From: a virus
Lineage: Duplodnaviria > Caudoviricetes
Strand: one strand, 5' to 3'
DNA: 64,000 nt
IMG/VR virus record: IMGVR_UViG_2623620512_000004
Span: 1 to 64,000 of that record
A model generated the notes under the pieces. It was not told the origin of the DNA, did not search any database, and saw only the letters and a list, made by a program, of their open reading frames with translations. The position numbers were made by a program, and so were the translations under genes. Shown piece by piece: positions 57,260 to 64,000 of this stretch. Position 1 is the stretch's first letter. Each line of letters starts with the position of its first letter.

Positions 57260-57530
57260 ACGAAAAGTTTCATGCACATTGACTAAGTTTAACTGTTGAC
57301 TTTTTGCACATTTTGGACGTTTTGTGAAAAATCCGCAAGGTGCTCGAAATTTCAAGTGAGCGGATAAGTATAAAGGGGGTGGAATTTGAAACGCATGGTG
57401 AACTTTATATTAAGAATTTAACTTTTCATTTACTTAACTGAACCTTAACAATGTTAACTGCTGTCAAAATGCTCCATTTTTGAACTTGTTTGCTTACTAT
57501 CTGGTACTGATGAGGCCATTAACAGAGTAT
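57260..57530. repeat. Dispersed intergenic repeat copy
   Basis: Shares blocks with 43613-43647 and 32707-32815. Confidence 0.75.
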
Positions 57531-57534
57531 AACG

Positions 57535-58092
57535 TTAGTACTTCTTGTTTCCATGACGGTATTCCCTCATGGCGTTGTAGTGCATCTTCGCATCAATGTG
57601 CCAGTCCAGATCTATTTCGAGCGATTCAGACCAAGCATACATGAACTGTACGAACAAGGTTATCTCACTCATACCCATGTTGCCACAGGTAATCCATCTT
57701 AGCAGTGAGAAGGCTTTCTCAGTGAAGGTAGTCTTATCGGAAACCTTTCTGATACTCCATCCGTTCCACTCCATGCTATCACCGTACTTCTCATAGGCGA
57801 AGTCCAGTATTCTTGTTACGATGTCGGCAAACTCTTCTTCCAGACTACCTTTGATGAAGTCACCATAGCACACCTTCCAGTATGCGTCCGGCACATCACC
57901 GATTCTAACGAGCCGATGGAAATCCTTCATGTTCGCTCTCTTGCCCTTACGGTCAGCCTCAACAGCTTCGGCTATCTCGGTCATCACCATGCAGAGCCAA
58001 TGGGCATCCGATTTCTTCTCTTCATGCCATCCGTGAGTAGTGGCTATCTCATGGATGCTTCTGGCTAATTCATTCAATCTCTCCTTGTTCAT
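57535..58092 (-). CDS. MazG-like nucleotide pyrophosphohydrolase
   Basis: EIAEAVEADR, EEEFADIV.RILD, KMHYN..R...HG.KY. Confidence 0.75.
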   Translation of the reverse strand: MNKERLNELARSIHEIATTHGWHEEKKSDAHWLCMVMTEIAEAVEADRKGKRANMKDFHRLVRIGDVPDAYWKVCYGDFIKGSLEEEFADIVTRILDFAYEKYGDSMEWNGWSIRKVSDKTTFTEKAFSLLRWITCGNMGMSEITLFVQFMYAWSESLEIDLDWHIDAKMHYNAMREYRHGNKKY

Positions 58093-58246
58093 CGTATTCA
58101 AGTTTAATATCCATTGTGCGGATATGGTTTAACTCATCATGGCAGTTACCGATGTTCAACCTATCCAATTCTTCTTTTGCGTTCTCTACGTGTGTCATAA
58201 TCTCATTGATTAGACGCACAACCTGTTTACTCGCCCTGTACTTCAT
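58070..58246 (-). CDS. Hypothetical protein (58 aa, not in ORF track)
   Basis: MKYRASKQ... ATGA overlap with HNH stop. Confidence 0.45.
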   Translation of the reverse strand: MKYRASKQVVRLINEIMTHVENAKEELDRLNIGNCHDELNHIRTMDIKLEYDEQGEIE

Positions 58247-58533
58247 TTCTTCGATTGTTTTCTTGTCTCAGCCCTGTGCTTCGCATCATACCTGTTATGG
58301 CAGGCTTGGCACAGTGCTCTTAGGTTCTCTGGGTCACAATTCTCTGGTGTGTGGTCAAGATGGGCGATAGTGAGCACCACCTGTACCAACTTACCTGTTT
58401 TCTCATTCCAGAAGTGGGAATGATTCTTCCTGCCACAGAACTCACAGCAGTTGTGAGCACGTTCAAGGATAGCAGCACGTATCTCTTTCCAGTTCTTGGG
58501 GTATCTGGCTCTGTTCTCTGGCTTAATAGGCAT
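58243..58533 (-). CDS. HNH endonuclease-like protein
   Basis: MPIKPEN..RYP.NW, CEFCG, LTIAHLDH.PEN....NLRALCQACH. Confidence 0.8.
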   Translation of the reverse strand: MPIKPENRARYPKNWKEIRAAILERAHNCCEFCGRKNHSHFWNEKTGKLVQVVLTIAHLDHTPENCDPENLRALCQACHNRYDAKHRAETRKQSKK

Positions 58534-58681
58534 AACGCTCCTTCTTTTTCTTCTTGTATTGTCTTTGGAACTTTTTCTTCTTGTTGTTCTTCTCGATGTC
58601 ACATGGCCTAACGCCAGGACAGTTGCATCCTTGGCCATAGGCCTTGCTGTTGAACCAGTATTTGCAGTCTGAACATTTCAT
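58523..58681 (-). CDS. Small Cys/Lys-rich protein (52 aa, not in ORF track)
   Basis: MKCSDCKYW...; its ATG overlaps the TGA at 58678-58680. Confidence 0.45.
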   Translation of the reverse strand: MKCSDCKYWFNSKAYGQGCNCPGVRPCDIEKNNKKKKFQRQYKKKKKERYAY

Positions 58682-59507
58682 AGGTCGAATAGTGATTTTT
58701 CTGTTTCAAAATTATATACCAAAACCTCTAACTTTCTTCTTTTACCCCCCCCCCATTTCTATCGAAATTCGCTACATTCATGTTCATATCGACAGACTTG
58801 TAGTTCCAATGATTTTTCTCAATGTACTTTTCAAGTGTAGCCGTCATGAATTGCGAGAGGATAAACTTTCCCTTTATACTTTCCAATCTATGGAGGAGTT
58901 CCTCCAGATTTTCTTCAGTGAATCCATGATAGTGCTTCTGTTCACTTCCGGGGTACGGAGGGTCGAGATAGAAGAACGTCTCTGGCGTGTCTCTCTGCTC
59001 TATGCACAACAGGGCATCACGGCAACTTATCTGAACGTCTTTCAATCTTTCATACAGAGCATCGGTAAAACTATCTCTCTTATTTCTCATAACTCTGCCG
59101 GAATGTGAGCCTCCAGAACCGTTGCACCATTTCCAACCTCCATCTGGAGAACCAGAGAATGATACGTTTGTAAGCATCCATACAGCCCAAGCCTTATCAA
59201 TATCTTGGCAGTCCGCTCCAAGCCATATCTTCCTTGCCTTCTTCCATTCTGTTTCACTATGAAGGGTATTCTTGATACGTTCCTCCAGAGCATCATAGTT
59301 TGTCTGTACTTGCTTGTAGAACGTGATGAGGTTGTCATTTATATCATTGATGGCTTCCAGATACGATGGACCTTTGGCAAAGAAAACTGCACCGCCACCA
59401 AAGAACGGCTCACAATAAATCCTGTGAGGTGGTATCATAGGCAGTATCGTTTTAATCATCTGCTGTTTTCCACCATAGTATGTGATAGGCGTCTTTACTG
59501 GTCTCAT
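58678..59507 (-). CDS. Dam-like DNA adenine methyltransferase, C-terminus frameshifted at G10 tract
   Basis: YYGGKQ, EPFFGGGAVFF, NDIN, YLDPPY; current frame stops at 58728, shifted frame gives KRRKLEVLVYNF...LFDL. Confidence 0.85.
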
Positions 59508-60334
59508 TTCTTTTCTTGCTTTACGTACTCTTCTGGTGTGCAGCCCATCTTTTCCTTGAACAGGTCTTTGAGCATTTTCAAGTCATCTGGCTTATAGCGT
59601 TGGGTGTTATTGATGAGGGAATACGCCATAGACTTCATGTGGTCCTCTTGGTAACGTTTGTAGCCCTTGGGCTTGGTAGTTGCAGGGGTGGCAACATTTG
59701 AGCCGCTTAGAGGACTTGATTTTACTGGCAGTCCGTTCAGTCTGCAATACTCTTCATAGGTGACGGCCGTTTTCGCATATTCAGCATCAGCCTTTTCCTT
59801 TAACTTTCTGTCGTGCTCTTCATATTCATTGGCACGTTCCCTCAGAAACGTCCTCAACGATGTCGTGATAACGATGGGGTCAACAGAGCCATAGAACCTG
59901 CCATACCTTCCAGACTTGAAGCGGTGCAGGAAAAGCATTATCTCCGTGACCTTCAGAAAGCCAAACTCGGTGCTTATCACACTGGCGCATTGCTGTAGTG
60001 CATGGCCAGATAACTTATCCCTGCAGCCGCAGTATTCTGACAGATCGTGCAGATGAGCCATGAGCCACGCAACAGGGAACTTGCCGTCAAAGTCAGTCTT
60101 TAACTGAATAAGGGTGGGGTACTCTCCGAACATACAGGCATCATCATCCAACTGCTTCTTGAACAGGTAGTCTGCATGATAGGTGTCAAGGACTTCCACG
60201 CCCTTGCTACCATATTTCTGCATCACTCCGTTTCTTAACTGAGACAGTTCAATCGTCAGAGAGGAAAGCGGAGATTGTTCTGGCCGCATCAGCTGTTCGC
60301 TGTTCCGTTGTATTATTTCCGTTACTGATTCCAT
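59504..60334 (-). CDS. Replication-associated protein (putative helicase loader)
   Basis: Follows initiator; EIMLFL.RFKSG.YGRFYG motif; AGAGCA-ATG start. Confidence 0.55.
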   Translation of the reverse strand: MESVTEIIQRNSEQLMRPEQSPLSSLTIELSQLRNGVMQKYGSKGVEVLDTYHADYLFKKQLDDDACMFGEYPTLIQLKTDFDGKFPVAWLMAHLHDLSEYCGCRDKLSGHALQQCASVISTEFGFLKVTEIMLFLHRFKSGRYGRFYGSVDPIVITTSLRTFLRERANEYEEHDRKLKEKADAEYAKTAVTYEEYCRLNGLPVKSSPLSGSNVATPATTKPKGYKRYQEDHMKSMAYSLINNTQRYKPDDLKMLKDLFKEKMGCTPEEYVKQEKK

Positions 60335-61013
60335 TGCTCTTAGTGCTATATGATTTTTCGTTTCTGCTCCAATACCGTATCCTCTTTTCAAGAACCCACG
60401 TCTTTTCCATTTCCCAACGCATCCTGCTACCAGACTTATTCGTCTGGCTCCACCAATCATAGAAATTACGCACCATTTCCTTTCCATATATCTGTACGTA
60501 AGGAATGAGGGAGTTATAGAACGCTGCCATACGCTTCTTGGTGTCAGCTGCCACATCTTCCTTGGTTTTCTTTGGGCGTGTTATATTTGTTTTGTTTGAT
60601 TCTTCGCCAGAAGAATCTATAATATTACCTTCTTTAGATGTGGACGTTTGTTGGTCGTTAGTTGGACTTTGGTTGGACGTTTGCTGGACGCTTTCTGGAT
60701 TTACATCTTGATAACTTTCATAATTACAGATAGTTATAAGCGAAAATCGGTTGGACGCTTGGACTATAATTTCACCTGTTTCCTGTAGTTTCTGGATGCA
60801 GGTGCGGATAACTCTTTCCGATATACCTGTCTCTGCCATAAGCCTGTTCCTTCCAGTGATAAGTTGGCCTCGCTTGATTTCCACGCCCTGCCACCGTCCA
60901 TCCTTTACATTGGCATTGAGAAGCAAATGCAGAAACAGATGAACCATTTCAGATTTGCCGTACCATTCCCAATCTTGGAACCTGCGGTATATCTTTACCC
61001 AACTTTCAGACAT
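60249..61013 (-). CDS. Phage replication initiator protein
   Basis: WVKIYR...WEWY, HLLLNAN, RGQLITGR..L, ITICNYESYQ, FYDWW...MRWE. Confidence 0.75.
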   Translation of the reverse strand: MSESWVKIYRRFQDWEWYGKSEMVHLFLHLLLNANVKDGRWQGVEIKRGQLITGRNRLMAETGISERVIRTCIQKLQETGEIIVQASNRFSLITICNYESYQDVNPESVQQTSNQSPTNDQQTSTSKEGNIIDSSGEESNKTNITRPKKTKEDVAADTKKRMAAFYNSLIPYVQIYGKEMVRNFYDWWSQTNKSGSRMRWEMEKTWVLEKRIRYWSRNEKSYSTKSNGISNGNNTTEQRTADAARTISAFLSDD

Positions 61014-61151
61014 AATCTCACATACTGATAATAAAAACTGCCCCGTCTTTCGTGTTCCTCTCCAAGTGTGGAGGTGGCATAGGAATACTACTCGACAGAG
61101 CATTTATATTTCGTTCCAACTGATGCCACTCAGTTGATTGTGTTACGTTTG

Positions 61152-61185
61152 CAAAGGTAACGAATATTATTTGAATAACAAATAC
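61152..61185 (-). promoter_or_regulatory. Class B promoter/operator
   Basis: GTATTTGTTATTCAAAT-N9-TACCTTTG upstream of replication leader. Confidence 0.7.
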
Positions 61186-61209
61186 TATTAACATCATTTT
61201 TAACGAAGT

Positions 61210-61701
61210 TTACAGATTTACCTTGATGCCTTTCAGTGTGCTCAGACGCTTCACCTCCAGAGTGTACCGCTTAATCATCTGCTCCAGTTCGCTATCCAGA
61301 TAATGCTTCGTGCCATGTGCCTTGACGTTGAGCCATTCGACCTTCTGAGGTCCTATCTTCTTGATAAGGTTCTCCCTGTACTTGATGAGGTGGTCGGCAC
61401 TGATGCGGTTGCAGTAGTGGCACTCCCCATGACAGTTATCCTCATCAAACCTTGTGGCCATGTGGATTCTGGAATGGAAGTGTCCGCAATCGACCTCTTC
61501 AAAGGGCTTGATTCGTCCGCAACTGATACATCTGATATAGCCGTTAGGCATTGCGTCTCTCAGTCGGATATACAGGGCAAAGACCCTATCCAGTTTCGCT
61601 ACCAAATTGGGCTTGCTGCGAGGCTTCTTGGTTTTCTCCGTATTTGCCTCTTTGCTTCCTTTTTTAGCCTTCTTTGGCCAGTGGCGCATATAGTAGGGCA
61701 T
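61210..61701 (-). CDS. ninG: NinG/Rap-like junction endonuclease
   Basis: LDRVFALYIRLRD, CISCG, DCGHF, TRFDEDNCHGEC..CN. Confidence 0.85.
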   Translation of the reverse strand: MPYYMRHWPKKAKKGSKEANTEKTKKPRSKPNLVAKLDRVFALYIRLRDAMPNGYIRCISCGRIKPFEEVDCGHFHSRIHMATRFDEDNCHGECHYCNRISADHLIKYRENLIKKIGPQKVEWLNVKAHGTKHYLDSELEQMIKRYTLEVKRLSTLKGIKVNL

Positions 61702-61703
61702 GG

Positions 61704-62075
61704 CTACACGAATTTAACTTTGTGAACCATTTTTCCGTTCTCACTCTCTACCTTGCCGAAGAACGTTGATGGCGTGGTGTCACACACCTCAAAGATGAAC
61801 TCCAGACCTATTGCCGTTGCAACCAGAAATTCTGTCTGGCATCCGGCACTGTGGTTCCACTTCTTCATCATGTAGATGCAGTCGCATTCCAACAGGGCCT
61901 TGATGTCAACCTTCATGTGCTCTGCTGTGGTGCTCTCTGGCGGCAGTCCGTTGGCCATGGGGTTGAACACTTCGTAACCTAACTTTTCCAGATATTCCTG
62001 TATTCTGGCAAAGTCCGCTTTTCTCTCTTCGTAGTTATGGCCACTGATGGGGCCGCTGATATATACTTTCTTCAT
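61704..62075 (-). CDS. DUF4406 / nucleoside deoxyribosyltransferase-like protein
   Basis: KVYISGPISG, FNP, CDCIYM...W..S.GC..E. Confidence 0.75.
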   Translation of the reverse strand: MKKVYISGPISGHNYEERKADFARIQEYLEKLGYEVFNPMANGLPPESTTAEHMKVDIKALLECDCIYMMKKWNHSAGCQTEFLVATAIGLEFIFEVCDTTPSTFFGKVESENGKMVHKVKFV

Positions 62076-63250
62076 TGGAACATTACATTTGTGAGTTGTT
62101 TTCCGTGTGACATAATGCACCATCTACTGGAGTTAGGTGCTTCCAGATCTATTTTCAAGTCGGCCACATTGCCGAAGCGTCTGTAGGTTCCGCACAAGTC
62201 CACTACCCAACCGTCCTTGCCTTTGAACGGACGGATGGCACGGCCTACCATCTGATAGTAGAGAGCGAGGGATTTTGTCGGACGGCCAAGGATAATCGTA
62301 TCTAACTCTGGGTAGTCGAATCCAGTAGTCAGCGTACCTACGTTGGCCACGACCTTGATACTTCCTGCCTTGAACTCTTCAAGGATTTCCTCTCGGTCTC
62401 TCTTAGGGGTCTCTCCTGTGACGATACCTGCATTGATACCTACAGACTGTAACTTGTTGACAAGGCTCTCTGCTTCCTCGATGTATCTGGTGAATACCAG
62501 GACACCGTTTCTGGGTATGCCACTCTTTGGCTTCAATACTCGGATGGTAGTCTGGGACAGCTTATCATAAAAGCCGCTTCTCTTATACTCTTCCTTCAGC
62601 GACTTGTCATCATAATCTGCACCTGTGGAGTTGGAACGTACCCTGCTCATGTCAACAGCCGTACAGTCATAGTAGTGGAGGTTTGCGAGATAGCCCTTGG
62701 CCAGAAGGTCTGAAATCTGACAGTAGTACAGGACGGATGAGAATATTCTTGGGTTCGTCCTTGTGAGGAACTTCAAGGTGCTGCCACCTCTGAATGAGCA
62801 CAGTCTGTACGGTGTGGCCGTAAGACCTACCACCCTTCGCTCTGTAGCCTCGATGAACTGCTTATACTGTCCTGCCTTGGAGTTGACGTAATGGCACTCA
62901 TCAATCATGACGTTCTTGAAGTGCTCGAAGTCCTCCATGTGATTCATGACGCTTCCGATGGTGGCGAAGGTGATGCGGTTTATATCCTTCCTGCCTACCG
63001 ATGCCGAATAGACTGAGGCATCCCAACAGCCGTAACTCTGCAACTTGGCGAAGTTCTGTTCCAGAATCTCCTTCTGGGGCTGTAGAATCAGAAGCGGACC
63101 ATCTAACTTAGAGGCTATGTCGGCAATAACGAGGCTCTTACCTGCTCCTGTCGGCAGGATAAGCAAGCCGTTACGTGCTCCCTTGGACTGGAAGCATCTT
63201 ACAGCTGCCGTGCTTGCATCCCTCTGATAGTCTCTTAAAACGTATTTCAT
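62072..63250 (-). CDS. SF2 DEAD/DEAH-box helicase
   Basis: LRDYQ, LPTGAGKS, IDECH, GLTATP, TGFD.P, QMVGRAIR. Confidence 0.92.
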   Translation of the reverse strand: MKYVLRDYQRDASTAAVRCFQSKGARNGLLILPTGAGKSLVIADIASKLDGPLLILQPQKEILEQNFAKLQSYGCWDASVYSASVGRKDINRITFATIGSVMNHMEDFEHFKNVMIDECHYVNSKAGQYKQFIEATERRVVGLTATPYRLCSFRGGSTLKFLTRTNPRIFSSVLYYCQISDLLAKGYLANLHYYDCTAVDMSRVRSNSTGADYDDKSLKEEYKRSGFYDKLSQTTIRVLKPKSGIPRNGVLVFTRYIEEAESLVNKLQSVGINAGIVTGETPKRDREEILEEFKAGSIKVVANVGTLTTGFDYPELDTIILGRPTKSLALYYQMVGRAIRPFKGKDGWVVDLCGTYRRFGNVADLKIDLEAPNSSRWCIMSHGKQLTNVMFQ

Positions 63251-63307
63251 TGCTCTTAGTGCTTAAAGGGTAGAGAGGTCGAAGCCTCCCTACCTGTTGT
63301 CATTGTC

Positions 63308-63973
63308 TTAATCGTCTGGATTGTCATCGTCACCATCACCGCCAAATGGCAGGTCATCATCACCTTCGTCATCGTCTGCATCAGCAGGCTTCTTGACTTC
63401 TGGGAACTCGATGCCGAACACTTCCTTCATGGCCCTGCGGTTCCAGTCCTCTTGGCTCCAGAGAGAGTTTCTGTCCCAATCGGGAATCTCAGTGACCTTG
63501 ACCAGTTGCATCTGGCCATCCACCCATGCGAAGAAACAGAAGTTGCCGTTCAGAGCGACACGGATGGTCTCTGTTGCAGGCAGGGCAAAGTCGGTAGTGC
63601 CTTTCTTCACTCTGGCCGCAAGGTCTGCAATCTCCAGAAGGGCAGAGTTGTAGGCTTCCTCGGCCTTCTTCTTCATGGCCTTAATACGCTCCAGAGTGGT
63701 TTCCAACTCTTCCTTGCGCTTGGGAACTTCGTTCTCCTGCTTCAGACAGTACTCTTCGCGAATCTCTTGGATTTCGTGCTCATCGTACTTACGAGTGGCC
63801 AACTCACCCTCTGGGAACAGGCAGTTGAACTTCTCTTCAAATACCTTGATGGCTTCCTTACTGGTCTTGGCACCATTGCATACTACCAAGATTTCCTTGA
63901 ACATTTCCTTCTGTGCCTCAGTCAAGACGAAATCAATCTTCTCTGGGCGATAATCTAACAGATTTGCTAACAT
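63308..63973 (-). CDS. Hypothetical protein with acidic DDLPF tail
   Basis: 221-aa ORF. Confidence 0.6.
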   Translation of the reverse strand: MLANLLDYRPEKIDFVLTEAQKEMFKEILVVCNGAKTSKEAIKVFEEKFNCLFPEGELATRKYDEHEIQEIREEYCLKQENEVPKRKEELETTLERIKAMKKKAEEAYNSALLEIADLAARVKKGTTDFALPATETIRVALNGNFCFFAWVDGQMQLVKVTEIPDWDRNSLWSQEDWNRRAMKEVFGIEFPEVKKPADADDDEGDDDLPFGGDGDDDNPDD

Positions 63974-64000
63974 AAAACTTAACTTTGATGGTTTAAAAAA

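Noticed and set aside
30505-57530. CRISPR array or integron attC interpretation of the dispersed repeats
   Set aside because: No regular repeat-spacer periodicity, no cas genes and no attC-like palindromes; the repeats coincide with promoters and start codons

Overview
About 64 kb of a temperate siphovirus-type phage of a Bacteroidales host (Prevotella-like, inferred from TAnnTTTG promoters and gene families). A tyrosine integrase is on the + strand and nearly everything else is on the - strand: lysis, tail, head and packaging genes, a putative modification cluster, accessory cassettes and replication/recombination genes. Highlights: (1) a candidate ~70-nt small RNA (43872-43942, own promoter and terminator) whose central segment is complementary to an AGAGCAATG motif at the start codon of at least 18 phage genes, suggesting one antisense RNA regulates a whole regulon; (2) a diversity-generating retroelement whose single TR matches both an adjacent tail protein and a second non-tail gene 44 kb away, with a C-terminally extended RT and no recognisable Avd; (3) a terminase-linked glf/GNAT/ParB/ATP-grasp/glycosyltransferase cluster; (4) a Dam-like methylase frameshifted at a G10 tract; (5) a capsid protein with a BACON-like domain, a MuF-metallopeptidase fusion, an atypical initiator-like tRNA-Met, and two repeated promoter/operator classes. 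All calls come from manual motif reading; no database search was run.
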